Shown: positions 47,096 through 57,178 of the stretch, piece after piece
How positions within the stretch are numbered: the stretch's first letter is position 1
Layout: each line of letters opens with the position of its first letter
NCBI GenBank assembly: GCA_016844925.1
Contig: JAERTI010000043.1
Location: forward strand, 133,110 to 197,109
Length of the DNA stretch: 64,000 nt
Source of the DNA: Candidatus Uhrbacteria bacterium
GTDB taxonomy: Bacteria; Patescibacteriota; Patescibacteriia; UBA9934; GWF2-40-263
Direction of reading: 5' to 3'
Translations under genes and position numbers: made by a program
The notes under the pieces: model-generated
Told to the model about the DNA's origin: nothing
Seen by the model: the letters and a program-made list of their open reading frames with translations, nothing else
Database searches by the model: none

Positions 47096-47557
47096 TTACT
47101 GGTGTCGCCGCATTTGTGCGGCGTCATCGGCACTGAGGTAATCGGCGCGAGACATGGCGGCTTGTAGGGCGTTTTCGATCTCGCTGCCACGAAAGTTCTC
47201 AAGGCCATCTTGTGCCTCTTGCCATGCTTCGAGCAGACGATCCGCCTCTCCTTCACGGCCCTTACCACTGCGCTCATTGAGCCGGGCTTGTTCAAATTTT
47301 GCTTGAGCGAGCTGAACATCCAGGACAGCCAGTCGTTCCCTGCTTGCACCAGATTGTCTTGCTGCCTGAATCTTTTGCTCTACCCCCATGATTTTTTTCA
47401 CCGCCTCCACAGCGGGGTTGGGGGCCTCTTCTTTGTAAGTAAAGTCAGCGACACGTTCTTTCTCTGGTTTGTCATTGACAACCTCAAAGACAATGTCGGC
47501 ATCTTTGCCACCTTCACCTTTTGGTGGCTTTCGGCCTTTTTTTAGAAATGAGAACAT
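47096..47557 (-). CDS. hypothetical protein
   Basis: ORF. Confidence 0.4.
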   Translation of the reverse strand: MFSFLKKGRKPPKGEGGKDADIVFEVVNDKPEKERVADFTYKEEAPNPAVEAVKKIMGVEQKIQAARQSGASRERLAVLDVQLAQAKFEQARLNERSGKGREGEADRLLEAWQEAQDGLENFRGSEIENALQAAMSRADYLSADDAAQMRRHQ

Positions 47558-47562
47558 AGAGT

Positions 47563-48579
47563 TTAGATTTTAGGGAAGAGTTTTTCGGCGAGTGAATCGA
47601 AGTTGAGCAGGAGGTGATTAAGTCGTTCATGTGAACTATAGATGAATTGTTCGTGACGTTTTGATTTGTAGAGAATGACTTTTTTCTCAAGCCATGACAT
47701 GTGCATGAAGTGCGTTACGTAGATTTTGAATCCGTGATGGAATTCTTCAAAGGTCATAGGACATACCTTTAAGTATCCACGTAAAAACCCATCAGCAAGC
47801 TTGAAGCTTTTTTCATCCCATCCATGATCAAAACAGGTGATCAGTGTACTGCGCGCTACTTCGTATCCCCGCGGGGCAATACAGGCCTTGTCTAAATCGA
47901 ACGTTGCCTGCACACGACCGTCCTGTGTGAAAAAGACATTGTTATGTGTGAAGTCGCCGTGAATGAGGCAATCGATCTCTGGTCGAAGTTCGGCGACAGT
48001 TAGGGGATTCGCGTTTATGAACGCCTCTTGGAGGCGGAGGTTTTTGATGGCCACGGTTTCTACTTCTCGCTTAGATGATTCGTGCTGATACATGTATTCA
48101 AGCGCGAGTTTGTCTGAGGTGAAAACATCTTTGTTCCAAAGGGTGATGGGCTGAACATCTTCACGATTGCAGGTCAGACCAATCTGATGGATGCGGCCAA
48201 GCATTTCCCCAAGCTGGGTTGTGAGGGCTGTTGTGAGCTGCTCTGAGGACCGCGTCTCGCCATCGACAAAAGGGAAGACTCCCCACCAGGCATCGTCAAA
48301 ATAAAACGCTGCTTCTCCATGTTTATCGCGAACGGGTGTGATGACAGGAATCCCGCCCTTAGCAAAACGTTCCTGTGCCACGGTAATGTCGTGGATGCGT
48401 TGTGTGTCCAGTGTGTTGTAGCGTTTGAGAAAGTAACGTTTGTTGCCACTGGAAAAGGTGAAGTTCTCGGTTGTGAACCCGCCAGATATTGGCGTGAAGT
48501 TATCAACTGAAGCAAGGCCATACAGCTCTTTGAGCATGATGGAGAGTGTAGTGAAGGCTTGTAGGCTCAAGCTCGGCAT
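47563..48579 (-). CDS. aminoglycoside phosphotransferase (APH)/CotS-like kinase-fold protein
   Basis: Brenner motif LIHGDFTHNNVFF; start uncertain (ORF opens at 48654). Confidence 0.6.
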   Translation of the reverse strand: MPSLSLQAFTTLSIMLKELYGLASVDNFTPISGGFTTENFTFSSGNKRYFLKRYNTLDTQRIHDITVAQERFAKGGIPVITPVRDKHGEAAFYFDDAWWGVFPFVDGETRSSEQLTTALTTQLGEMLGRIHQIGLTCNREDVQPITLWNKDVFTSDKLALEYMYQHESSKREVETVAIKNLRLQEAFINANPLTVAELRPEIDCLIHGDFTHNNVFFTQDGRVQATFDLDKACIAPRGYEVARSTLITCFDHGWDEKSFKLADGFLRGYLKVCPMTFEEFHHGFKIYVTHFMHMSWLEKKVILYKSKRHEQFIYSSHERLNHLLLNFDSLAEKLFPKI

Positions 48580-48718
48580 AGTGATTTGATTGTACCAAAT
48601 TTTCCTATTATTACTTGACGAAGCCACTTTTATCCCGTACATTCGCCCTGTCAAGCTGTAGCACCCTTACAAGTTCCAAACGCTGAAGATGGAGGTGTGA
48701 ATCGAGTAAACCCAAACC

Positions 48719-49615
48719 GTGAAGGAGCCCGAGATGGGTATGATCCTCCCCTGGCGAGATGTTCGCCTGGACCGAGTTCCTTCGGTCCAAGACTTCGAAG
48801 ACACAGCAACTGAGATCCTCGAGATCGTCGGTGCCAACAGTCGCGTGTTCAAGGGGGCCGCGTTCAGCGGTTCTGTCGCACGTGGCGACCTCTCTCCTCG
48901 AAGCGACTTGGACCTGACCCTTGTAGGGTATGACGGTTCGTACACGCTCGCCAAGAGCTTGGCTCGAGACTTCGATGCACTGGCTGCTCGCCGGGGCATC
49001 CCGCTCGACTACCATCTCTGGCCAGCCTCTCTTGCCCGGCTTGGGCGCCATGGGTATGGCCCCTCCTATCTGGAGACCTTCCCGCGGCACCCCGACGCTT
49101 ACGCTGTCGGCCGTCCTCTTGCTGAATGCTTCCGGGTTCGTCCGGGTTGCATCGACAAGGAGATGCGCACCAAGATGACACACAAGCTTCGCTCGACGAG
49201 GACGCGCGCCTGGATCTTCGAGACCAGGCATGCAAGCGACCTCGACATGGTGGAGCAGTGGCTGGTGGGATCTTGGTCTCGTGTGGTTCGCCCCATGCGT
49301 GTTCACGTGACTCTCGGTCGCCGACTCCTCTGGTGGCATCACGCTGCTCTCCCTCACGATGGGAAGGCTGATGTGATCGATCAGTTCCTGCGGGAACGCG
49401 CGTTCGAGCCATTCCACGAGAGGTACTCGACCCTTTGCGACTTGGATCGGGACTACGACAGACTCCTTGTTCGCGCGTGCGCAGGCAAGGAACGGCGAAG
49501 CCGCTACCTGAAGAAGGTGAAGGACATGCTCCTGAGAAACTTCCGGGTCAGTCTGGGGCTTCTTTCTGAGGTGTCGCGCTTCATGCGCGAAGAGCCGCTC
49601 GGACAAGCGGCTTGA
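48719..49615 (+). CDS. Pol-beta-superfamily nucleotidyltransferase domain protein
   Basis: FSGSVARGDLSPRSDLDLTLV (GS...[DE]h[DE]h) motif; GC-rich. Confidence 0.55.
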   Translation: MKEPEMGMILPWRDVRLDRVPSVQDFEDTATEILEIVGANSRVFKGAAFSGSVARGDLSPRSDLDLTLVGYDGSYTLAKSLARDFDALAARRGIPLDYHLWPASLARLGRHGYGPSYLETFPRHPDAYAVGRPLAECFRVRPGCIDKEMRTKMTHKLRSTRTRAWIFETRHASDLDMVEQWLVGSWSRVVRPMRVHVTLGRRLLWWHHAALPHDGKADVIDQFLRERAFEPFHERYSTLCDLDRDYDRLLVRACAGKERRSRYLKKVKDMLLRNFRVSLGLLSEVSRFMREEPLGQAA

Positions 49616-49686
49616 TACCTCTGCTCCGTCTACGACGGGGCTTTTTTGTTGAGATTTTTTGCTTTAACTGTTAGCCTTACGGCGAT

Positions 49687-50691
49687 ATGCGAATCTTAGG
49701 AATTGAAACAAGTTGTGATGAAACGTCCGTGGCTATTGTGTCTGAACAGGACGGACAGTTTGTCATGGAAAAAAATGAACTCGCTAGCCAGGTGAAGATT
49801 CATGCGCAGTATGGTGGGGTTGTTCCGGAGGTGGCAGCGCGTGAGCATGCGTCGATCGTCTTTGCGCTTATGGAGCAGGGGCAGATTCCTCATGATGGGG
49901 AGGGGATTGATGCAGTGGCTGTGACGGCGGGACCTGGACTGGTGCCTGCGCTTCGGATCGGTGTCGAGCTGGGGAAATCTCTAGCTTGGGCATGGAAGAA
50001 GCCACTCGTCGCGGTGAATCATTTGGAAGGGCACATCTACTCGGTTTGGTTCGAGCAGCTCGCTCCGTTATTCCCAGCGGTCTGTCTTCTCGTGTCAGGT
50101 GGTCATACTGAACTTATTGTGATGCGTGGTCATGGGCAGTATGAACTTTTGGGTATGACACGTGATGACGCAGCGGGGGAGGCTTTCGATAAAGTGGCTA
50201 AGCTCCTGGGACTTCCGTATCCAGGTGGACCGGAGATTTCACGCGCAGCCCTTAAGGGGAATCCTGCAGCCATCGATTTTCCTCGGCCTATGATGCATTC
50301 AGGAGATTATGACTTTTCATTCTCTGGTTTGAAGACAGCGGTGCGCGTGCGTCGAGCTGAGCATCCAGACGATACGGTTGAGGATGTGGCAGCTTCGTTC
50401 CAGCAGGCAGCGATCGATACGTTAGTTGCCAAGACCATGAAGGCTGTTCACCAGGTGCAACCTGCGTCCGTGATTCTTTCAGGTGGAGTGAGTGCGAATC
50501 GATTATTACGAGAGACACTGCACGGTCAGCTCACAGACAAGGCTCCTGAGGTGAGCTTCCATGCGCCGCAACTTTCACTGACAGGCGATAACGCTGCCAT
50601 GATTGCGTTGGCTGGCCTCATGAAGGCCAAACGTGGCGAGTTCGTCGATCCACTGACACTCGTCGCGGATCCTAATATGCGACTTGCGTAG
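49687..50691 (+). CDS. tsaD: tRNA N6-adenosine threonylcarbamoyltransferase
   Basis: MRILGIETSCDETSVAIV and Kae1/TsaD motifs. Confidence 0.9.
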   Translation: MRILGIETSCDETSVAIVSEQDGQFVMEKNELASQVKIHAQYGGVVPEVAAREHASIVFALMEQGQIPHDGEGIDAVAVTAGPGLVPALRIGVELGKSLAWAWKKPLVAVNHLEGHIYSVWFEQLAPLFPAVCLLVSGGHTELIVMRGHGQYELLGMTRDDAAGEAFDKVAKLLGLPYPGGPEISRAALKGNPAAIDFPRPMMHSGDYDFSFSGLKTAVRVRRAEHPDDTVEDVAASFQQAAIDTLVAKTMKAVHQVQPASVILSGGVSANRLLRETLHGQLTDKAPEVSFHAPQLSLTGDNAAMIALAGLMKAKRGEFVDPLTLVADPNMRLA

Positions 50692-51115
50692 CTTTATGAC
50701 ACACACAACACATTCAGAAGAAGAGACCCAGGCGATTGCGGCAGAGCTCGCTACGACCCTTAAGGGGGGTGAGGTGGTGTATCTGCAGGGGGATTTGGGA
50801 GCAGGGAAGACGACGTTTGTCAGAGGAGTGGCTCGCGCGCTGGGGTTCACTGAGCCGGTTCGCAGCCCAACGTTCACAATCATGAATCGGTATCCAGTTG
50901 ACCATCCAACCATCAAACAGATACTCCACGTTGATTTGTATCGCATTGAAGATACGTCAGAGCTCATCCCCTTGGCGCTCGAAGAAGAACTAGGTCGACC
51001 CAAAACAGTTGCGTTTATCGAATGGCCGGAGCGGGGTGGGGACCAGCTTCAAGATCCAGATAAGACGATTATCTTTCAGGTCGACGGCGATACTCACACA
51101 ATCGAGATAAACTAA
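50684..51115 (+). CDS. tsaE: tRNA threonylcarbamoyladenosine biosynthesis ATPase TsaE
   Basis: GDLGAGKTTFVRG Walker A. Confidence 0.8.
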   Translation: MRSFMTHTTHSEEETQAIAAELATTLKGGEVVYLQGDLGAGKTTFVRGVARALGFTEPVRSPTFTIMNRYPVDHPTIKQILHVDLYRIEDTSELIPLALEEELGRPKTVAFIEWPERGGDQLQDPDKTIIFQVDGDTHTIEIN

Positions 51116-51144
51116 AACAGACCCCTGTGGGTCTGTTTTTTTTA
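51114..51144. terminator. bidirectional terminator
   Basis: AAAACAGACCC-CTGT-GGGTCTGTTTTTTTT. Confidence 0.8.
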
Positions 51145-52875
51145 TTCTCCTGCTACGCGCGTAATTTCTTCTATGGTTGTGAGGCCGTCGAGAACCTTGA
51201 GCACACCATCTTGTTGCATGGTGGTCATACCTTGCTGCTTTGCCAGCTCTCGTACCTCGTATTCGGAGATCTTTTCTGAGAGAGCTGCTTTGATTTCGTC
51301 ACTCATTGTCAGAATCTCGTAGATACCGAGACGGCCCTTGTAGCCGGTGTGGTTGCACTTCTCACACCCGGCACCTTTGTAGAACTTCCATTCAGATTCT
51401 GGGGCAACGGTTTCTCCTGAGGCTTCTGGGATAGCAGCGGTGACTTTTTTTACAAAGGCCAGCTGCTCCTCATCGATCTGCGTTTCTTGTTTGCAGTCTT
51501 GGTGAATGCGCCGAGCAAGTCGCTGTCCGATAATCGCATTCAGGGCTGGGGCAAGAAGGAACGGCTTTACTCCCATGGAGATGAAGCGAGGGATGGCACC
51601 AGCGGCATCGTTGGTGTGAAGCGTGGAGAGCATCATGTGACCTGTGAGCGAGGCGTTGATGGCAACCTCGGCCGTTTCCAAGTCGCGGATCTCACCGACC
51701 ATCACAATGTCTGGGTCCTGACGCAAGATCGATCGGAGTCCACCCGCGAAGGTATATTTCTTTGATTGGTCGATTTGCGACTGGTTGATGCCTTCGAGTT
51801 TGTATTCAATTGGATCCTCAAGGGTAATGATCTTAACGTCTTCCGTATTGAGTTTACGCAAGATGGCGTACAGCGTCGTGGTTTTACCGGACCCTGTAGG
51901 ACCAGTGGTGATCACCATGCCATGGGGTTTCTCGATTTCTTTGCGGAGTTTCTTTTCTGCCAACGGTCGGTAGCCAAGCTGGGCAAATTCAACGTTGATG
52001 GCGCTCGGTTTGAGCAGACGCATGACCACGGATTCACCCCAGGTCGTCGGGATGGTGGAAACACGAACATCGGTATCGCCTTCTTTAAGGAAGATGGTGA
52101 AACGGCCGTCCTGTGGTCGGTCTGTGACGTTGATCTTCAGTCCTGAGATCAGCTTGATGCGCGCGACGATTTTTTTCCAGAATTCGTGCGGAAGCTTGGC
52201 GACCTCTTCGAGCACACCATCAACGCGGAAGCGCACGGCGATCTTTTCCTCTTCTGCCTCAATATGAACGTCACTGGTATTAAACTGAAGCGCCGCTGCC
52301 ATGACGATGGTAATGATGTCTGTGACCGATGCATCATCCATGACCTTTTGTACATCTGAGTATTGCTTGAGTTGTGTTTTGAACTGTTCCAGCTCATCGT
52401 CTGACACCTTCACACCCTTCACGACCGTCTTAAGTTTCGGGAGCGTCTCATAAGCCTTAAGGGCCACACGCAAACTCTCTTCTGAGATTTTGTAGATGCC
52501 GCCATTGGCCTTATGCCTTTCTTGAAGTTCAAAGAGTAGATCTTTCACTTCTTGTTTCTCAGGTTGCGTTGAGGCGAGGCGGATCTCAGGTCCGGTGTAG
52601 AGAAAACAAACAACACTCAATTGTGTTGCACGTTGCTCAGGAAGTAAGCGAAGAGCTTCTGGGGAGATAGGGAACCCCTTGAGGTTCACGTACTTTAATC
52701 CAGACTGTGCGGCGAGTGTTTCGGCCTCTACTTCTTTTTCCTTCAGGCGCACGCTGGCCATCTTTTCTTCGAACTTTTCTACCACCGTACGTTCACCAGA
52801 TACTTTCGGTCGCGAAGCTGTATCGGCACCGGTGTACTTGAGGAGGTCTTCTATACTTTGGATGTCATTGCCCAT
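51142..52875 (-). CDS. type II secretion/type IV pilus assembly ATPase (GspE/PilB family)
   Basis: GPTGSGKTT Walker A, Asp and His boxes, tetracysteine GAGCEKCNHTGYKGR. Confidence 0.85.
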   Translation of the reverse strand: MGNDIQSIEDLLKYTGADTASRPKVSGERTVVEKFEEKMASVRLKEKEVEAETLAAQSGLKYVNLKGFPISPEALRLLPEQRATQLSVVCFLYTGPEIRLASTQPEKQEVKDLLFELQERHKANGGIYKISEESLRVALKAYETLPKLKTVVKGVKVSDDELEQFKTQLKQYSDVQKVMDDASVTDIITIVMAAALQFNTSDVHIEAEEEKIAVRFRVDGVLEEVAKLPHEFWKKIVARIKLISGLKINVTDRPQDGRFTIFLKEGDTDVRVSTIPTTWGESVVMRLLKPSAINVEFAQLGYRPLAEKKLRKEIEKPHGMVITTGPTGSGKTTTLYAILRKLNTEDVKIITLEDPIEYKLEGINQSQIDQSKKYTFAGGLRSILRQDPDIVMVGEIRDLETAEVAINASLTGHMMLSTLHTNDAAGAIPRFISMGVKPFLLAPALNAIIGQRLARRIHQDCKQETQIDEEQLAFVKKVTAAIPEASGETVAPESEWKFYKGAGCEKCNHTGYKGRLGIYEILTMSDEIKAALSEKISEYEVRELAKQQGMTTMQQDGVLKVLDGLTTIEEITRVAGE

Positions 52876-52930
52876 ATCAAAAACTAGGAGGATTCCCTCC
52901 TAGTTTACTTCCTTTTTCTTTCCGGTGCCA

Positions 52931-53920
52931 CTACCTTCCGTGGACAAGACGGTGGAGCTTCGAGAACAGCTTTTTCCCGTGGGTTTTATGCACGCCACGC
53001 TTGAAAAAGAGGTACCAGGCTGCATATTGATACGTGACACTTGCTCCACCAAAGGCCATGAACAATGCCACGAGCGCGAGGGCAAAGATGGTGTTTACCG
53101 TTAAGAAGACGGAAAGTGAACCCGTGAGCAGTGTGGCTGTGAAGATGATGGCGTACGGAACGGCGAAAAGCACGATAAGTGCGGTGAGCAAGAGTCCTGC
53201 GGCAAAGACCAAGAAGAACAGCATGACGCCGTACTCGAACGCAGCAACCCACTGTCTTGCAAAGAGCTGTGCACCGAGGATGATGGAATCAATGAACGTC
53301 TTCTTTCGCAGAACCAGTTCCATCAGGGCAAACATGTAAATGGTATTGATGACGATGACGGCAGGGATGAATACGAGCATCAGCCCAAAGAAGAGAATGG
53401 CACTGTAAGCGGACGTAGAGAGATAGAACAGAAGTAGGGGTAGTGTCATCAGAACGATCAACAGAGACGTCAGGATTTTGTTAAGGAGCCCCAGGCCCAA
53501 GAGGGGCCAGAAATGTTCGCGTGCCTCACGTTTGAGTTCGTGCGAGTCTGGTGTGTGCTTTTTTTTCAGTCCAAGCAGGAGGGCTGCCTGAGAGATGGTT
53601 GCCATGACGATCAGGAGCGTGGCTGTAGCGGAAGCAAAGATGATAATGGCCCCTGTGCGATCTGGGCCAAGCACTTGAAGCTGAGTCATGTACTGAGCCG
53701 CCACATCGTAGCCGATGAATGTGCTATCCATGAGCTGTTCAAGGAAAGACCCACTTGCCTTTACTTTCTTTACTGAGGCGAGGCCGACATCAACCACACC
53801 GCCGGTTGAGAGTAGTGCGGCGAAGATACCAAAAATCCACAGGCCACGTCGCGTCCAGGTGAGGTTCCAGGCCTCACGAAAAAACGGACGGTATAGGGCT
53901 GTGGATTTTTTTGTTGCCAT
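52931..53920 (-). CDS. integral membrane protein, hypothetical
   Basis: About 8 hydrophobic spans. Confidence 0.45.
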   Translation of the reverse strand: MATKKSTALYRPFFREAWNLTWTRRGLWIFGIFAALLSTGGVVDVGLASVKKVKASGSFLEQLMDSTFIGYDVAAQYMTQLQVLGPDRTGAIIIFASATATLLIVMATISQAALLLGLKKKHTPDSHELKREAREHFWPLLGLGLLNKILTSLLIVLMTLPLLLFYLSTSAYSAILFFGLMLVFIPAVIVINTIYMFALMELVLRKKTFIDSIILGAQLFARQWVAAFEYGVMLFFLVFAAGLLLTALIVLFAVPYAIIFTATLLTGSLSVFLTVNTIFALALVALFMAFGGASVTYQYAAWYLFFKRGVHKTHGKKLFSKLHRLVHGR

Positions 53921-53937
53921 ATCCTCCTATGGAAAGT

Positions 53938-55758
53938 TTACTTGGCGGCTGGTGAGAACAGAGCCTCAAAGGCTTCTTTCTCGATGGTCTCCTTTTCAAG
54001 GAGTTCTTTTGCGATGCGATCCAGCTGCGCTTTTTCTTTCCGCATTATATCACGGGCAGTCTCCATGGCGCCACGTACGAGCTTGTCGACTTCGGCATCA
54101 ATCGCCTCAGCCGTCTTCTCTGAGTAGTTGCGTTGCTCATGGATTTCTTTCCCGAGGAAGACCATTTCTTGGCTCTCACCGAAGACGCGTGGGCCGAGCG
54201 CTTCGCTCATGCCGTAGCGTGTGACGAGCTCGCGTGCTAGGCGCGTGCATTTGCGTAGGTCGTCGCTGGCACCAGTGGTGACATCACCAAAGGTTTCTTT
54301 CTCAGCAACGAATCCTCCGAGCATGACAGCCATATCATCGATGAACTCTGCACGTTTGTGGAGACGTCGATCTTCAGATGGAAGCTTGAGGGTGTATCCT
54401 CCAGCGCTTCCACGAGAGATGATCGAGACTTTGTGAACAGGGTCTGAGTTTGGAAGCAGGTGAGCCACGATGGCGTGACCTGCCTCGTGATAGGCCGTGA
54501 CCTTTTTCTCTTCTTTGCTCATGACAAAGCTCTTTCGTTCTGGTCCAAGAAGGACTTTCTCAATGGAATCCAGGACGTCTTCTTGGGTGATTTTTTTGTC
54601 ATCACGTCGTGCGGCGCGGATGGCAGACTCGTTCAACAGGTTCATGAGGTCTGCACCGGAGAATCCAGGTGTGCGCTCAGCAACACGACGAAGTTTCACG
54701 TCCTCAGCAAGTGGCTTGTTCTTGGCGTGAATCGTGAGGATGGCCTCACGGTCGTTGATATCTGGGAGGTCGATCATGACACGGCGGTCAAAACGACCGG
54801 GACGCAGCAAGGCTGGGTCCAGGACGTCTGGGCGGTTGGTTGCCGCCACAACGATGACACCAATGTTTGGATCAAAGCCGTCCATTTCAACGAGGATTTG
54901 GTTCAGGGTTTGCTCACGCTCGTCATGACTTCCTCCCATACCCGTACCACGCTGTCGTCCCACGGCGTCGATTTCATCAATAAAGATGATGCACGGAGCC
55001 GCTTTCTTGGCGCGGTTAAAGAGGTCACGGACACGGCTAGCACCGACTCCCACGAACATTTCCACAAACTCAGATCCGCTGAGGTGGAAGAAGGGGACAC
55101 CGGCCTCACCAGCGATGGCACGTGCCAAGAGGGTCTTTCCTGTTCCTGGACGTCCCATCAAGAGCGCGCCTTTTGGAAGGTTGGCTCCCAGGTCGGAGAA
55201 TTTCTTTGGGTGCTTGAGGAACTCAACAAGTTCCTGCAATTCTTCCTTTGCTTCTTTGGCACCTGCCACGTCTTCAAAGGTCACTTTCTGCTTCGTGTCC
55301 TTCATCTCTCGGGCATTACTCATACCAAACGAGAGTGCCTTGTTGTTGGCTCCGCCCATCTGCTTGATCATGAACCAGAAGATGGCCATGAGGAGTAGGA
55401 GGGGGAGAAGTGATGGCAGGATGACTCCCAGGATGTAGGAGCGTGTGGAGCGGTCTTTGACAGTGATGTCGGCAGCCTTTAGCTCCTCGGCGGTAATGCC
55501 GTAGTCGATCAGAGTTTCAGAGAGAGAAACGGCAGACTCCTTTCGGGTGGTCTGTTCCGTATCGTCTTGCAACAGGATCGTGATTTCAGCCCCTTCTATT
55601 TCAATGCTTTTGACAGCACCCTCTTGGATCTCGCTGACCAAGGTGGCCATGGAGATGTCTTCAGGTGCCTCGCTGCTCAGGTTGACCCCCGAGAAGATGG
55701 CGGAGATCACCAGCACGGCAACGAGGGCAATGATGATGTTTTTTGAAAGTGGCTTCAT
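53938..55758 (-). CDS. ftsH: ATP-dependent zinc metalloprotease FtsH
   Basis: AAA+ [17 protein letters not shown], second region of homology, HEAGHAIV. Confidence 0.95.
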   Translation of the reverse strand: MKPLSKNIIIALVAVLVISAIFSGVNLSSEAPEDISMATLVSEIQEGAVKSIEIEGAEITILLQDDTEQTTRKESAVSLSETLIDYGITAEELKAADITVKDRSTRSYILGVILPSLLPLLLLMAIFWFMIKQMGGANNKALSFGMSNAREMKDTKQKVTFEDVAGAKEAKEELQELVEFLKHPKKFSDLGANLPKGALLMGRPGTGKTLLARAIAGEAGVPFFHLSGSEFVEMFVGVGASRVRDLFNRAKKAAPCIIFIDEIDAVGRQRGTGMGGSHDEREQTLNQILVEMDGFDPNIGVIVVAATNRPDVLDPALLRPGRFDRRVMIDLPDINDREAILTIHAKNKPLAEDVKLRRVAERTPGFSGADLMNLLNESAIRAARRDDKKITQEDVLDSIEKVLLGPERKSFVMSKEEKKVTAYHEAGHAIVAHLLPNSDPVHKVSIISRGSAGGYTLKLPSEDRRLHKRAEFIDDMAVMLGGFVAEKETFGDVTTGASDDLRKCTRLARELVTRYGMSEALGPRVFGESQEMVFLGKEIHEQRNYSEKTAEAIDAEVDKLVRGAMETARDIMRKEKAQLDRIAKELLEKETIEKEAFEALFSPAAK

Positions 55759-55766
55759 AGGCGTTA

Positions 55767-57026
55767 TTACGCTGTTGGTTGTTCTTCAGTAGAGGTCTCC
55801 TCTGCAGGTGCTTCAGTCTCTTCCTTTGCAGGCTCTTCAGCTGGAGCTTCTTCTGTCGCTGGAGTTTCTGTCTCTTCTGCGGCAGGTGCTTCAGCTTCAG
55901 CCTCAGTTGTTTCTTCCTTCGCAGGTGCTTCAGCAGCTGTCTGTGTGCCTAATCCCTTAAGGGAGAGGCCGAGACGGTGGTCCTTTGGTTCGATGGAAAC
56001 GATCTTGAAGTCCATGACTTGTCCTTCCTTTCCGATCTGTCCGACATCCGTCACAGGACCATTGGCGAGCTCGCTTACGTGAGCGAGACCGTGGATTTCT
56101 GCGTCCAGTTCAACAAAGAAGCCGAATGGGTTCACCTTGAGGATGGTTCCCTTTACAACGTCGCCAACCTTGTAGCGCTCACCGACGTTGTCCCAAGGGT
56201 CTGTGATGAGTTTCTTCATGGAGAGGAAGATCTTGCTTCCCTCGATGCCGATCACGGAAGCCTTTACGGTCTCCCCGATTTTAAGTAGATCGCGTGGGTG
56301 GTCAATTCGTTGCCAAGCAATTTCACTGATGTGCACGAGACCCTCAAGAGAGTCGAACTTCACGAAGGCACCGAAGTCTGCGAGCGCAGTTACTTCTCCT
56401 TCAATAACGGATCCGACAGCATAAGAGGAGAGCACGTTCTTCTGCTTATCTTCCCAGATAGCTTTTTCTGAAACGATGAGTTTCTCGTCGTTCTCGTTTG
56501 CATCAAGAACACGAACGGTCATGGTCATGCCGATGTAGCTCTTGAGCTTCTCCAAGATCTTGGTCTTGTCGCCACCGCTTACGCGTGGGTAGTGGTCTGG
56601 AGAAAGCTGAGAGACAGGAAGGAACCCTGTGATGTGCTGGATGCGCACAATGAGTCCACCTTTGTTTGCCTCGATGATCTTTGTGTCGACAGCTTCGCCA
56701 GTGGTGAAGAGGCGTCGGATTTCTTCCCAGGCTTTGGCCTGACCAGCAAAACGGAAGGAGAGCTCGAGCTCACCGTTCTCGTTTTCAAGGTCCATGACGG
56801 TTGCCTCGATTTTTTCTCCCGGCTTAAGACCAGCGTACTCACTGGACTCAGCAAAGAGCTCGCGTCCGCGAACAACACCTGTGGCAATGCCACCAATGTC
56901 CAGACGGATTTCACGACGTCCTGAACCAATGACGGTTCCCTCAACGACGTCGCCGATCTGAGGAAGATTTAGGTAGTCTCCTTCTGCAAGGAGCTTTTCG
57001 AACTCGGAAGTGGTCTGTGTTGTCAT
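55767..57026 (-). CDS. rpsA: 30S ribosomal protein S1 with Ala/Glu/Pro-rich acidic C-terminal tail
   Basis: Four S1 repeats; C-terminal AEAPAKEETTEAEAEAPAAEE... tail. Confidence 0.8.
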   Translation of the reverse strand: MTTQTTSEFEKLLAEGDYLNLPQIGDVVEGTVIGSGRREIRLDIGGIATGVVRGRELFAESSEYAGLKPGEKIEATVMDLENENGELELSFRFAGQAKAWEEIRRLFTTGEAVDTKIIEANKGGLIVRIQHITGFLPVSQLSPDHYPRVSGGDKTKILEKLKSYIGMTMTVRVLDANENDEKLIVSEKAIWEDKQKNVLSSYAVGSVIEGEVTALADFGAFVKFDSLEGLVHISEIAWQRIDHPRDLLKIGETVKASVIGIEGSKIFLSMKKLITDPWDNVGERYKVGDVVKGTILKVNPFGFFVELDAEIHGLAHVSELANGPVTDVGQIGKEGQVMDFKIVSIEPKDHRLGLSLKGLGTQTAAEAPAKEETTEAEAEAPAAEETETPATEEAPAEEPAKEETEAPAEETSTEEQPTA

Positions 57027-57178
57027 ATGAAAAAAGGCCGGCAGACGGCCACTAGGCACATGCCCAGGGGGGTCCACGCGGGGTTAGGGTTAATTAACAA
57101 CGTCACGAGTGTAGCGGCAGAGGGGTTTTTCGTCAAGGTATTAAAGAAAAAACCGACCCGGGGTGGGTCGGGGTGTCG

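Noticed and set aside
55790-55940. Repetitive gcaggtgcttcagc units on the + strand, resembling a tandem repeat array
   Set aside because: It is the antisense of the Ala/Glu/Pro-rich C-terminal tail of ribosomal protein S1 (rpsA, minus strand). It is low-complexity coding sequence, not CRISPR or satellite.
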